Origin: an uncultured Desulfovibrionaceae bacterium
GTDB taxonomy: Bacteria > Desulfobacterota > Desulfovibrionia > Desulfovibrionales > Desulfovibrionaceae
Assembly (NCBI GenBank): GCA_964371505.1
Contig: CAYJNG010000001.1
Coordinates: 86-64,085, forward strand
Length of the DNA: 64,000 nucleotides
Direction of reading: 5' to 3'
Shown here: positions 1-11,178 of the stretch, piece after piece
Layout: the number at the start of each line of letters is the position of its first letter
Position numbering within the stretch: position 1 is the stretch's first letter
Program-made: the position numbers and the translations under genes
Notes under the pieces: model-generated
Told to the model about the DNA's origin: nothing
The model's database searches: none
What the model saw: the letters and a program-made list of their open reading frames with translations, nothing else

Positions 1-803
1 GTCATGGGGCCCACGCCGCCAGGAACAGGGGTAATGGCGCTTGCTTTGGGGGCCACGGAGGCGTAATCCGCATCGCCCACAAGGCCGGTTTCGGTGCGAT
101 TAATGCCAACGTCAATGATAACTGCGCCTGGTTTTACCATATCTGCTGTGAGGAAGTTGGCTTTACCAAGGGCTAAGAATATGAAGTCTGCTTCGCGGCA
201 TTCTTGGGCCAAGTCTGCGGTGCGGCTGTGACACATGGTCACTGTGGCATTGGCAAAGGGGCCATTTTGCGAAAGCAAGAGGGCTAAAGGACGTCCCACA
301 ATATTGGAACGGCCCACAATGACAGCTTTTTTGCCGGCAGGGGAGAGGTTATAGCGCTCTAGTAATTCCATAATGCCGGCTGGTGTGCAGGATACAAAAC
401 CCGGTAAACCTAAGGAAAGGCGACCTACATTTTCAGGGTGAAAGCCATCCACGTCCTTGGCAGGGTCAATGGCAAGCAGGCATGCATCGGCATCAAGGCC
501 CTTGGGCAGGGGCAGCTGTAGTAAAATACCGTCCACATCTTCACGGGCGTTAAGTTCTGCTATAAGGCCAAGCAAAGCCTCTTGTGTGGTGTCAGCAGGA
601 AGGCGGTGCGGCACAGATATAATGCCCACGTCCGCACAGGCTTTTTCTTTGTTACGCACATATACTTGCGAAGCAGGGTCTTCCCCCACTAAAATAACCG
701 CCAAACCAGGGGCACGTTTGCCGCCTTGCATGGCCTTTTGTACCAACTCTTGCAACTCGCCGCGTAAGGTGGCTGCTGTGGCTTTTCCGTCTATGATGGA
801 CAT
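1..803 (-). CDS. folD: Bifunctional methylenetetrahydrofolate dehydrogenase/cyclohydrolase FolD (3' end of the gene lies outside the window)
   Basis: Not in the ORF track because there is no stop inside the window. The reverse complement from ATG 803-801 reads [21 protein letters not shown]. Further in it reads [17 protein letters not shown]. The reverse complement of nt 1-23 reads PGGVGPMT, the conserved FolD C-terminal motif. Confidence 0.85.
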   Translation of the reverse strand, partial: MSIIDGKATAATLRGELQELVQKAMQGGKRAPGLAVILVGEDPASQVYVRNKEKACADVGIISVPHRLPADTTQEALLGLIAELNAREDVDGILLQLPLPKGLDADACLLAIDPAKDVDGFHPENVGRLSLGLPGFVSCTPAGIMELLERYNLSPAGKKAVIVGRSNIVGRPLALLLSQNGPFANATVTMCHSRTADLAQECREADFIFLALGKANFLTADMVKPGAVIIDVGINRTETGLVGDADYASVAPKASAITPVPGGVGPM

Positions 804-843
804 AGTGTCTCCGTTATATTTTTTAAGTTTACTTGCTTTGTGT

Positions 844-897
844 GGGGGGAAAGGAGAATCCTTTTGTGAGTGATAAAAAGGGTTCTCCTTTCTCCCC
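844..897. repeat. 22-bp-stem extragenic palindrome (GGGGGGAAAGGAGAATCCTTTT / AAAAGGGTTCTCCTTTCTCCCC)
   Basis: 20 of 22 positions are complementary, and the two exceptions would be G-U pairs in a plus-strand RNA. The loop is 866-875. It lies about 40 nt upstream of the folD start and has no flanking T-run. Its core is shared with the palindrome at 10347-10387. Confidence 0.7.
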
Positions 898-1126
898 ACG
901 CTGCTACCTTTCTCAAAACGCGCTTTAGGGAAAGGCGTTATCAAATGCGTTATTACATGTCTTTGGTTGTTGAATCTTTATGGGGGTACTTTTAGGCTTT
1001 TATTCTACATTTTCATGTGCCGTAATTTTTCCAAAGACAGATGACTTCACCATAAGCTTTTTTGAAAGTAGAGGGGGGAAACCTTTCTGTTATAAAAAGG
1101 TTTCCCCAAAAAGCTTATTATATCTT

Positions 1127-3252
<2,126 letters not shown>

Positions 3253-3378
3253 AACTGTCCTGAAAGGCTTAATATAGCGTTAACGTTCAGAGGTAACTAT
3301 GCCAGAAAAATGCTTGACGTACAAGCAGAAAATTTGTAATTGAGAATTTATCTTAATAAGCATTCCTTGGAGGAAATC

Positions 3379-3561
3379 ATGCAAGACCAAGTATTAAAAG
3401 CCATGCAAGATGCCGGTAAGCCTGTACGCCCCGGTGATATAGCCAAAGCCTTAAATATGGACAGTAAAGATGTTTCTAAGCATATAGCTGAACTTAAGAA
3501 AGGCAATAAAGTGCATTCACCTAAGCGCTGCTACTATGCAGCAGGCCCCGCACCCGAATAG
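3379..3561 (+). CDS. Small winged-helix DNA-binding protein (60 aa)
   Basis: GGAGG lies 6 nt upstream of ATG 3379, so I trimmed the track start at 3340. The pattern PVRPGDIAKALNMDSKDVSKHIAELKK fits a helix-turn-helix. An intrinsic terminator follows. Confidence 0.6.
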   Translation: MQDQVLKAMQDAGKPVRPGDIAKALNMDSKDVSKHIAELKKGNKVHSPKRCYYAAGPAPE

Positions 3562-3565
3562 TAGT

Positions 3566-3600
3566 AAAAACGAGCCCTTTTTTTTTAAGGGCTTTTTTTA
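3566..3600 (+). terminator. Intrinsic terminator
   Basis: AGCCCTT / AAGGGCT stem followed by TTTTTTT, immediately after the stop at 3561. Confidence 0.6.
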
Positions 3601-3627
3601 TACGCAAAAAACACCTAAGGAGCTTTT

Positions 3628-3969
3628 ATGTCGCAAACATTACACATTTTGTGGGTCAATGATAATCCAGTCACGGCAGAGCTTATGGTTTTTATGTATG
3701 CCACCAATTCCTTGCGTAAAGGCTGGTGGGATGAGGTGCATCTTATAGTGTGGGGTTCTACAGCTAAGCTTTTATGCGAAAACACGCGCATGCAAGAGCT
3801 TTTGCGTGAGTTTCAAGCTGAAGGCGGAACCGTATCAGCCTGCCGCGCTTGCGCGGAAAAATTGGATAAAGTGGCTGAGCTTGAAGCCATGGAAGATGTG
3901 GAAGTGCTCTTTATGGGGCAGCCCTTAACACATATTATAAAGGGTGATGATAAACTTATTACGCTATAG
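3628..3969 (+). CDS. DsrE/DsrF-like family protein
   Basis: 113 aa. Size and pattern (HILWVNDNP...MVFMYATNS...VHLIVWGSTAKLL) resemble small DsrE-fold proteins. This is recalled, not searched. Confidence 0.5.
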   Translation: MSQTLHILWVNDNPVTAELMVFMYATNSLRKGWWDEVHLIVWGSTAKLLCENTRMQELLREFQAEGGTVSACRACAEKLDKVAELEAMEDVEVLFMGQPLTHIIKGDDKLITL

Positions 3970-3985
3970 TGTTTATCAGAAGGCA

Positions 3986-4022
3986 TAAAAAAACCTCATT
4001 GTACGCAATGAGGTTTTTTTTA
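3986..4022. terminator. Bidirectional intrinsic terminator between convergent genes
   Basis: AACCTCATTG / CAATGAGGTT stem flanked by an A-run on the left and a T-run on the right. Confidence 0.7.
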
Positions 4023-4036
4023 ATATGGGGTGTTTT

Positions 4037-5029
4037 TTATACGCCGTTTACAATGAGCGTTTGATGTACAATAAGCGTAGTGTCACTTTCGCTATGGGTG
4101 TATTCGGTAAAGCTTGCGTTGGTGTTTTGTGCATGCCAGCCTTGGCTTAGGCTGATGCTGCCATCGGTATTTTTTGTGATGCCCACTTCATACAGCACAT
4201 CTTGCACGTTCTCTCCGGGCAAGTTATCCCCTATGACAGCCATTTCCATGTGGCCATCTTGGCTATGGCTAAACATGTCTTTAACAGAGCTTAGGCTGTT
4301 TTTGGTGCCTAGCAAAACGTCCAAATCATCTGTGCTGTGCTGCAGGGGCTCATCGTACGCGGCATCGTCCACAAAAATACCATCAAAATCCATGAAAACC
4401 ATATCCTCTCCGGCCTCGGCATGTGGGCGTGTGGCAGTAAGGTCAGAATTTTCTAAGCTAAAGAGGTCTTCGGCTTCGGCAAAGGTGTCTTCATCGTGCA
4501 AAAAAGTGTAGGATGAATCAAAAAAAATATCGTCATTGCCGTACTCTATATGCAAATCTCCTTCTTGCAGGGCGCTTAGCTCGTCAAAGCTTTCCGCAGC
4601 GGCCATGGCGTCGGGAGTAAATGTTTTTTCTTTCATAATAAGCTCATCTTCAGGATCTGCTGCCAGCGTGGGCGAAAGTGCTTGCGGCTCCAAGTGGGCA
4701 GTCCTTAATGGTATATTGGCATGTAAGAGTAGAGTATCGCTACCGGAAATATGGTCATCCATACGAGCAAAAAAATCTTCATAAGGGAGTACATCTTGCG
4801 GCAAATAAAAGAGCGGTGAAGCTTCAGAGCTTTCCGTGCCGTAAAAATTTGTGATTGTAATGCGTGCGCCATCGTCAAAGGTAAATATAAAGCTGGCGCC
4901 GTCTTTGCTTGGGGTGGCTTGTGAAGTGTCAAATTGTATGACAAAACGCGAACCAGCCTGTGCATTAACGGTTATATGCTCACCGGCTTTAGGTTTTTCT
5001 AAAACGATATCTGCCACATGCCTACTCAC
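4037..5029 (-). CDS. Hypothetical, highly acidic protein (330 aa)
   Basis: A long ORF with no competing gene. By my count it has about 60 D/E against about 14 K/R. I see no N-terminal signal peptide and recognise no catalytic motif. Confidence 0.6.
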   Translation of the reverse strand: MSRHVADIVLEKPKAGEHITVNAQAGSRFVIQFDTSQATPSKDGASFIFTFDDGARITITNFYGTESSEASPLFYLPQDVLPYEDFFARMDDHISGSDTLLLHANIPLRTAHLEPQALSPTLAADPEDELIMKEKTFTPDAMAAAESFDELSALQEGDLHIEYGNDDIFFDSSYTFLHDEDTFAEAEDLFSLENSDLTATRPHAEAGEDMVFMDFDGIFVDDAAYDEPLQHSTDDLDVLLGTKNSLSSVKDMFSHSQDGHMEMAVIGDNLPGENVQDVLYEVGITKNTDGSISLSQGWHAQNTNASFTEYTHSESDTTLIVHQTLIVNGV

Positions 5030-5208
5030 TTATGGTATCTATCTATGGTGCCTGCTGTGTTCATGCTACTATTAATGATACACAGCATCTGGCTATGAAT
5101 TATGCCTAATAGGTAAGGGTGTCAAGCAGAAGCTGAGTTTGGCGGCAAAAAAATGAATTTTATAAACTGATTATGAATTTGACTATCAAATTGTGGCAGC
5201 AGGTTTTG

Positions 5209-5973
5209 CTATGGTTGAAGAGTACTACCCAAAACATGGGAGCAAAGTACGGTAAATACGCCTTGCTCGTCACTTTTACACAGGCTTATGTGGGCACAGC
5301 TTAACGTAGCAAAGGATGGGCGTAAAAAATCCTCTAATGCACTTTGCAAAGAAGCGTTTTTTGCTTGGCAAACAAGCTTTTGAGCCGGGGAAGCCTTGCT
5401 GTCCATCTTTTCAGCTTGGCATAATGTAATATGAAATACAAATTCGTCGCATACGTAAGGGTAGCCAAAGCGCTCCACGTATTCTTGTTGGCGTGTAGTA
5501 AGCCCTTTGGCTAGACGATTTGCCTTAGATTCGGCAGAAAGCGGCTCGCGAAATGGTTCAAAATCCAAAACAGCATTTTGAGCTAAAGCGTGAATGCATG
5601 CAGGCACGCCATGGCTATGGGGCTTAAGCGCAAAAAAAGAGCCTAAACGCTCCACGCGCCACCCTGCTGGAGAGCATGGCTGTGCTTTTTGGGCAAAGGA
5701 GGCAAAGGCAGTGAGTAAATCCTTTTCACTGTAGTTTTCCGCAAGGTGAAAGGGCGGCTTAAGCGTAGCGTGTAGGCCGTATTTTCGCGCATCCATGGTA
5801 CGTTCGAACCATGTTTCAGCGCTCATGGGTACTTTTTGTAGCTTTTGCAAAAAGCTGGCAGGTGTGGGGATGCTTTGCCCTGTGTAAATATCACGCCCTA
5901 AAAGCTGCGAGCCAAGGGTGTTTAGGGTGCCCCCTTGCGGAGGCACAAAGTAAATGGCGTAACGCGTTTTCAT
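5209..5973 (-). CDS. Phosphonate-cluster 2H phosphoesterase (DUF1045 family, likely functional replacement of PhnP)
   Basis: N-terminal YAIYFVP, and two H-x-T-L motifs (LHATL, FHITL) as in 2H phosphoesterases. Its start overlaps the phnM stop (TAATG). Confidence 0.7.
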   Translation of the reverse strand: MKTRYAIYFVPPQGGTLNTLGSQLLGRDIYTGQSIPTPASFLQKLQKVPMSAETWFERTMDARKYGLHATLKPPFHLAENYSEKDLLTAFASFAQKAQPCSPAGWRVERLGSFFALKPHSHGVPACIHALAQNAVLDFEPFREPLSAESKANRLAKGLTTRQQEYVERFGYPYVCDEFVFHITLCQAEKMDSKASPAQKLVCQAKNASLQSALEDFLRPSFATLSCAHISLCKSDEQGVFTVLCSHVLGSTLQP

Positions 5974-7097
5974 TATAAAACCTGTTTGCCTTCACGCCAT
6001 ACAGCACGTACCACGGGTACATTATCCACTAAGCGTACGCGCACAGCGTCGGCTCTTTTGCCTGCGAGTAATTGCCCGCGATCGGTAAGCCCCACGGTTT
6101 CTGCAGGTGTTTTGGTAATGGTGTGTAAGGCACGGGCCAAGGGTAGGCCGGCTTCTTGGTGTAGCATGAAGGCTGCGTGTAATAAGCTTGCCGGCATATA
6201 GTCGGAAGAGAAAATGTCTAATAGGCCGGCTTTAGCCAATTCCATGGCAGCCACATTGCCAGAATGCGAGCCGCCGCGCACAATATTGGGGGCGCCCATA
6301 ATAATGGCTTGGCCTAAAGCACGGGCTTCGCGTGCTGCTTCAAGGGTGGTGGGAAATTCTGAAATACGCACGCCATGGGCAGCGCTGTCATGCACTTGAT
6401 CCACGGTGGTATCATCGTGGCTGGCAAGGGTGTAACCTTGCTCTTTACAAATTTGCACCACACTTTTTTTATGTTTATCCACGTTTTTTTCTTGCAGATT
6501 TTTTAAGTTTTGTATGCGCTCTTCCACCACAGCATCGGGCATGTCTAAAAGGTCAGAGTAACGCTTATAGGCCTCAAGGCTACGCCATTGGCGTTGGCCT
6601 GGGGTATGATCCATAACAGAAACTAAGCGCAAGTTTTTATGCCCCACCAGTGGCTCTACGCATTGCATAAGGTGGTCGCCTGCCAATTCGCAGCGCAAGT
6701 GTAAAAAGTGCTCCGCGCGGAAAAGATCCTGCTTTTCCCCTTGTTCTAAAGCGCCAAGGCTAATGTCAAAAAGTTCATTGCGCATATGCTTGCCATAGGG
6801 TTCGCCCACAGTAATGGCGTCAAACACTGTGGTAACGCCGGAGCTAATCATATGCATATCGTGCGCAATGGCGGCAGAAATGCCGTGCGGCCAGCTTACG
6901 CCGGTGCGTGGTATAAAGTGCTTTTCAAGGTTGTCGGTATGCAGTTCCACAAGACCGGGGATGAGATAATCCCCTTCAAGGTCGATGCATTGTGCTTGAT
7001 CATGCATAGCGTCTTCGGCCACAAAGGCACCGTTAAAGCACAGGGTATTTACTTCTTCTTCTCCGGCAAAAATATGCCCATTGGTAAAGCGAATCAT
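5973..7097 (-). CDS. phnM: Alpha-D-ribose 1-methylphosphonate 5-triphosphate diphosphatase PhnM
   Basis: 374-aa amidohydrolase-fold protein with an ELHTDNLEKH metal-binding motif. AGAGGA sits upstream of the ATG, and the gene lies inside the phn cluster. Confidence 0.85.
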   Translation of the reverse strand: MIRFTNGHIFAGEEEVNTLCFNGAFVAEDAMHDQAQCIDLEGDYLIPGLVELHTDNLEKHFIPRTGVSWPHGISAAIAHDMHMISSGVTTVFDAITVGEPYGKHMRNELFDISLGALEQGEKQDLFRAEHFLHLRCELAGDHLMQCVEPLVGHKNLRLVSVMDHTPGQRQWRSLEAYKRYSDLLDMPDAVVEERIQNLKNLQEKNVDKHKKSVVQICKEQGYTLASHDDTTVDQVHDSAAHGVRISEFPTTLEAAREARALGQAIIMGAPNIVRGGSHSGNVAAMELAKAGLLDIFSSDYMPASLLHAAFMLHQEAGLPLARALHTITKTPAETVGLTDRGQLLAGKRADAVRVRLVDNVPVVRAVWREGKQVL

Positions 7098-7109
7098 ATG
7101 TATCCTCTA

Positions 7110-7937
7110 TTAAATAAATCGTTTGCGTAAAAGCTGTGAAAGTAAGTCAAAAACGATGACCACGGCGATGATAATGGCCATAACGGCTGCTGTTTGCGCA
7201 AAGGCAAAGCCGCGAATAAGTTCCCATAAAAGAACACCAATGCCGCCGGCGCCCACCATACCTACAACGGTGGCAGAACGTATGTTGGACTCAAAGCGGT
7301 ATAAGGCATAGGAAATCCAGAGGGGGAATACTTGTGGTATGACGCCAAAGATAACTTCTTCTAGCCAAGAGGCACCGGTGGCGCGAATGCCTTCCACGGG
7401 TTGCGGATCCACCGCTTCCACCGCTTCTGAAAAAAGCTTAGCCAAAACGCCTGTGGTATGGACAAAAAGTGCCAATACGCCGGCAAAGGGGCCAAGGCCT
7501 ACAGAAACCACGAAAATCATGGCAAAAACCATTTCATTAATGGCGCGTGCTGCGTCCATAAGGCGGCGCACAGGCTGAAAAATCCACCAAGGAACCACAT
7601 TTTCTGAGCTTAAAATACCCAAGGGCACCGCAAAAATGATGGCTAAGACGGAGCCCCATAGGGCAATTTGAATGGTGACGAGCATTTCTTGCATGTAAAT
7701 GCGCCAGTCGGTAAAATCGGGAGGGAAAAAATCTTTAGCAAAGTTTGCCATGTTTCCTGCATCATTAAGTAAGGCCATGGGGCGAATTTCTGCCCCCTCA
7801 TAGGCCCATGCTAAAACTGCGAGAAAAATACCCCAAGCCACGTAGGTGAAAAGGGAGGTTTTCGCCGGCTTTTGGGGTGTCATGGGCGCCGCGGGGGCGC
7901 TGTGAGGTATTGCGGTCATGTTGTTCTCTTTGTGCAT
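7110..7937 (-). CDS. phnE: Phosphonate ABC transporter permease PhnE
   Basis: 275-aa polytopic membrane protein directly downstream of phnC. The start is uncertain (7937 or 7919). Confidence 0.8.
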   Translation of the reverse strand: MHKENNMTAIPHSAPAAPMTPQKPAKTSLFTYVAWGIFLAVLAWAYEGAEIRPMALLNDAGNMANFAKDFFPPDFTDWRIYMQEMLVTIQIALWGSVLAIIFAVPLGILSSENVVPWWIFQPVRRLMDAARAINEMVFAMIFVVSVGLGPFAGVLALFVHTTGVLAKLFSEAVEAVDPQPVEGIRATGASWLEEVIFGVIPQVFPLWISYALYRFESNIRSATVVGMVGAGGIGVLLWELIRGFAFAQTAAVMAIIIAVVIVFDLLSQLLRKRFI

Positions 7938-7964
7938 ACTATTTCGGGGATGTATAAATGAGCC

Positions 7965-8885
7965 TTACATCATGGCAGGGCTAGGTTCACCAAGGTTGCT
8001 CATGGCTAAGGGCATGGCCGGTACCAAGGGTAAGGTCTCTTGTTCTTGGGTGTGACGTTGCGGGGTTGATTTGCTGTCTTGCTTGGTATTGCCATTGGCA
8101 TTTGGTGTGGAATCTTGAGAAGGCGCAAACATTTCTGCACTTTCGGCGCCGTAGAGTTCTTGTAAAAACGCAGGGGTTAAAGCCGAAGAGGGGCCGTCAT
8201 AAACAATTTTACCATCTTTTAAAGCCACGGTACGCGGGCAATATTTAATGGCATAATCCACTTGGTGCAGAGTTACCATGACGGTGATGCCGTCTTTTTG
8301 GTTAATATCAGCTAAAATTTGCATAACGCGGCGAGCAGATTCTGGATCTAACGAAGCAATGGGTTCATCTGCAAGGAGTAGCTTGGCTTTTTGTACAAGG
8401 GCGCGTGCTATGGCTGCGCGTTGTTGCTGACCGCCGGAAAGGGTGGATGCACGCTGATGCGCTTTGGAACCAATGCCCACACGCTGTAACGCGTCCATGG
8501 CAAGGGTTTTATCTTCTTCATGGTACAGGCCAAAAAGGGAGCGCCATAAAGGTGTTCTGCCAAGGGCGCCTAGCATAACATTAGTAAAAACACTTAAGCG
8601 ATCCACAAGGTTGAATTGCTGAAAAATCATGCCGATATTCGTGCGAATATGACGAATTTCACGGTTAATGGCGCCGTTGCTTTGAATGGTTTTACCCATG
8701 CTGACAATATGCCCGCCGTTTTTATCACCACACATAAGGCCACTTACGTGACGCAAGAGGGTAGATTTGCCAGAACCGGAAGCGCCGATAAGGGCTACCA
8801 TTTCCCCTTTTTCAATGGTGAGGGAAATATTGTCGCAAGCTTTTGTGCTGCCAAAGGAGCGAGTAAAATTCTGTATGGTAAGCAT
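7965..8885 (-). CDS. phnC: Phosphonate ABC transporter ATP-binding protein PhnC, with a low-complexity C-terminal tail of about 50 aa
   Basis: Walker [10 protein letters not shown], signature LSGGQQQR and Walker B LLLADEP are present. I set the start at ATG 8885, which has GGAGG 6 nt upstream, rather than the track start at 8966. Confidence 0.85.
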   Translation of the reverse strand: MLTIQNFTRSFGSTKACDNISLTIEKGEMVALIGASGSGKSTLLRHVSGLMCGDKNGGHIVSMGKTIQSNGAINREIRHIRTNIGMIFQQFNLVDRLSVFTNVMLGALGRTPLWRSLFGLYHEEDKTLAMDALQRVGIGSKAHQRASTLSGGQQQRAAIARALVQKAKLLLADEPIASLDPESARRVMQILADINQKDGITVMVTLHQVDYAIKYCPRTVALKDGKIVYDGPSSALTPAFLQELYGAESAEMFAPSQDSTPNANGNTKQDSKSTPQRHTQEQETLPLVPAMPLAMSNLGEPSPAMM

Positions 8886-9186
8886 GATGTCCTCCGCAAA
8901 ATTGTTATTTAGTGCGGCGCGGTATGCAGCCCCAAAGTTGGGATTCGTACATTTCAACCACGCCACGGAAACTTTTTAGAGGAAAAATGTGGCTGATAAA
9001 TAGCCAAGTGGTGTATGTTTGGTGACGTTTTGTTACATTTTATGTCACATGGAGGTGAGACCTTTGTATATTAAGTTTTTTATTAAAGCATAATTGTAAA
9101 AAATCCTGTATAAATATCTAGTAAATCAGATTATTGTTTTAGTTCGGTATCAAGGTGTAGATAGTTTTTATCTATGCTTGTATGCA

Positions 9187-9262
9187 CCTGTGCTGGTATT
9201 ACATAAAATACTGGCATCAATTGCATCGATGCCAATTGTATTTTATGTAATACCAGCACAGG
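9187..9262. repeat. 76-nt nested palindrome: perfect 25-bp stem around a 26-nt core
   Basis: CCTGTGCTGGTATTACATAAAATAC (9187-9211) is exactly complementary to 9238-9262. The core TGGCATCAATTGCATCGATGCCAATT pairs internally (TGGCAT/ATGCCA). Confidence 0.9.
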
Positions 9263-9308
9263 TTTACTCCTGCATGCTACAAAGATTTCCATGCATAACG
9301 CCAATAGA

Positions 9309-9390
9309 GCTACCTATGAGGATGCTGCAAAAATGTCATTGGTGTCGATGCAATTGACGCCAGCATTTTTGCAGTATCCTCATAGGTAGC
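9309..9390. repeat. 82-nt nested palindrome: 27-bp stem carrying the same core in the opposite orientation
   Basis: 9309-9335 is complementary to 9364-9390 with a single G-T pair. The reverse complement of the loop (CTGGCGTCAATTGCATCGACACCAATGA) matches the 9212-9237 core at 22 of 26 positions. Confidence 0.9.
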
Positions 9391-9512
9391 GCATGTTAAG
9401 GAATAGTTGTTTTTTACCAAGCTAAGACATAGTCATATCATTGAAAATCAATGGACAAGTGCTTTGCTGTAGGTACAGTGTGTATGCTTTGTTTGCTCAG
9501 GGGCATATAACG

Positions 9513-9548
9513 TAAAAAAGGCGAAGGAAATAAACATTTCCCTCGCCT
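9513..9548 (-). terminator. Intrinsic terminator after phnN
   Basis: On the minus strand: GGCGAGGGAAA-tgtttat-TTCCTTCGCC followed by TTTTTT, starting about 20 nt after the phnN stop. Confidence 0.7.
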
Positions 9549-9568
9549 AAAAAGTAGGTAAGAAAGTA

Positions 9569-10168
9569 CTACGCAGATTGTATGGTGCGCATCATGGTAA
9601 TAAAACTTGTAAATTCCTGTAGTGTGCTGTCTAAAGCATGGGAGTTGTCAATGACAATCATATTGGGCGTGGGGGGTAACTCCATGCGGGCCCTTTGCAC
9701 ACGTTTTTCAATCTCCTCGGCGCTTTCTCTGCCTCGTGCTTCAAGGCGGGCTTTAAGGGCTTCGGGGTCAACGCGTATAAGCACTGGTATAAGGCTTGGG
9801 TAGCGGCTTTGCGCTTCGGGTAAATATTCGCGCGAGCCATTAACAAGCACCACGGCGCCGCGCACAAGGCCAGCTTCTACTTCTTGGGTAATGCCGTAGT
9901 ACAGGCCATGGCTTTGCCAATGCATGACATACTCCCCTTGAGCAAGACGTGCAAGGAACTCTTGCTCGGTGCAAGGCAGATGCTGTTCATCCTGACTGTT
10001 GGCAGGTAGGGGGCGGGTGATGTGTCTTTGCACGATAACAAGGCGGCGTAAATGCGGGGCCTCCTGTGGTATGAGGGCGCGTGCCGCGTGCAAAAGAGTG
10101 TCTTTACCAGATCCAGATGCACCCATAAGGTATATGAGCTTACCGGGAGGGGGAAAATCTTGTAACAT
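9569..10168 (-). CDS. phnN: Ribose 1,5-bisphosphate phosphokinase PhnN
   Basis: 199 aa with the P-loop GASGSGKDTLL. It is guanylate-kinase-like in size and sits inside the phn cluster. Confidence 0.75.
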   Translation of the reverse strand: MLQDFPPPGKLIYLMGASGSGKDTLLHAARALIPQEAPHLRRLVIVQRHITRPLPANSQDEQHLPCTEQEFLARLAQGEYVMHWQSHGLYYGITQEVEAGLVRGAVVLVNGSREYLPEAQSRYPSLIPVLIRVDPEALKARLEARGRESAEEIEKRVQRARMELPPTPNMIVIDNSHALDSTLQEFTSFITMMRTIQSA

Positions 10169-10346
10169 AAAATGCCACCGTCTTTAGTAAGATGGTTTGT
10201 AAACATGGGCATAGTACAAAGAATGTTTTTTTTTGTGAAGTAAAAATATGGGAAAAATAGAAGGATTTTTTTAAAATGTTTTTGCTATACATGTGTACTT
10301 TTATAAATACCTTGTTTTATTGTCCACAAATGCACGTCATGAAGAT

Positions 10347-10387
10347 GTGCAGGAGAATCTTTTAGGTGGAAAAGGATTCTCCTGCAC
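10347..10387. repeat. Extragenic palindrome related to 844-897
   Basis: GTGCAGGAGAATCTTTT / AAAAGGATTCTCCTGCAC with one bulged base. It shares the core GGAGAATC(C)TTTT...AAAAGG(A/G)TTCTCC with the 844-897 element. It lies in the 240-bp AT-rich gap between phnL and phnN. Confidence 0.7.
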
Positions 10388-10407
10388 AAAATGACTTTAA
10401 AGATTTA

Positions 10408-11160
10408 TTACTTTGCAGTCACAGTGGTGCTATGTGTCATAAAGGAATAGGTTCTGTTGGCCACGGCTTCGCGTACTTCATCATCATGAAAAATACCAAT
10501 GACGGCAGCGCCGCGGGCTTTTGCTTCTTCAATGAGGGCCACCACCGTTTGCCTATTATGGCTGTCCAGTGAGGCTGTGGGTTCGTCTAAAAGCAACACA
10601 GGGTAGGGCCAAATGAAACCACGGGCAATGTTAACACGTTGCTGCTCACCACCGGAGAAGGTGGCTGGGGCAAGGGGCCAAAGGCGCTGCGGAATGCGTA
10701 AACGCTCTAAGAGCTCCTTAGCTTTTTCATGGGCTTCTGGTAGGGCTATGCCTTTTTCTGTGAGGCGCTCGGCCACAATGTCAAGGCAGGAAACGCGGGG
10801 GATAACACGTAAAAATTGACTAACATACCCCATGGTGTGGGCCCGAACGTCTAAAATATTACGCGGGGCTGCGTTAGCCATGTCTACAATTTGCCCATGA
10901 TGGCGCACGTAAATATGCCCTTCGGTGGGTTTGTAATTGGCATAAAGGGAGCGCAATAAGGTGGATTTTCCGGAGCCGGAAGGGCCGTGCAAGGCTAGGC
11001 ACTCTGCGCCGTGGGCTTCCAATTCCAACTTATCAAAGGCGTCAATGATGGCGCCTTGCTGGGCATGGAGAATAAATTTTTTACTAAGGCCGCGCACTGC
11101 CACTTGCACAGAAGGGGCCATGATGGGCGATGTGGGTATATAATTTTCTGCAAAGCTCAT
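10408..11160 (-). CDS. phnL: C-P lyase system ATPase PhnL
   Basis: ABC-type ATPase motifs [19 protein letters not shown] and LLLDEP. It lies just downstream of phnK. Confidence 0.8.
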   Translation of the reverse strand: MSFAENYIPTSPIMAPSVQVAVRGLSKKFILHAQQGAIIDAFDKLELEAHGAECLALHGPSGSGKSTLLRSLYANYKPTEGHIYVRHHGQIVDMANAAPRNILDVRAHTMGYVSQFLRVIPRVSCLDIVAERLTEKGIALPEAHEKAKELLERLRIPQRLWPLAPATFSGGEQQRVNIARGFIWPYPVLLLDEPTASLDSHNRQTVVALIEEAKARGAAVIGIFHDDEVREAVANRTYSFMTHSTTVTAK

Positions 11161-11178
11161 GGTATGTCCTTTATGTTC

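Noticed and set aside
457-873. 138-aa plus-strand ORF from the track
   Set aside because: It lies entirely antisense to folD, whose minus-strand translation shows the conserved FolD motifs. Its Ser/Ala/Arg-rich composition is typical of antisense frames.
1075-1107. Hairpin GGGGAAACCTTT / AAAGGTTTCCCC downstream of eno as an intrinsic terminator
   Set aside because: On the minus strand, which is the eno strand, the T-run precedes the stem rather than following it. It may still act as a weak terminator or REP element, but it is not reported as a terminator feature.
8886-8966. N-terminal extensions of track ORFs: phnC to 8966, phnK to 12075, phnJ to 12967, phnH to 14897, nfnB to 44890, nfnA to 45689, the CHASE2 cyclase to 25045, and others
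   Set aside because: The internal ATGs have Shine-Dalgarno sequences and give the usual family N-termini. The extensions overlap the upstream genes and are not protein-like.
9187-9390. CRISPR-like interpretation of the repeated core
   Set aside because: There are only two units. They are inverted rather than direct, each sits inside a long palindrome, and no cas genes are present in the window.
8967-9568. Possible degraded phnD pseudogene in the phnN-phnC gap
   Set aside because: No ORF fragment of any length is listed in any frame. The segment is AT-rich and dominated by palindromes, and nothing resembling a binding-protein sequence is readable.
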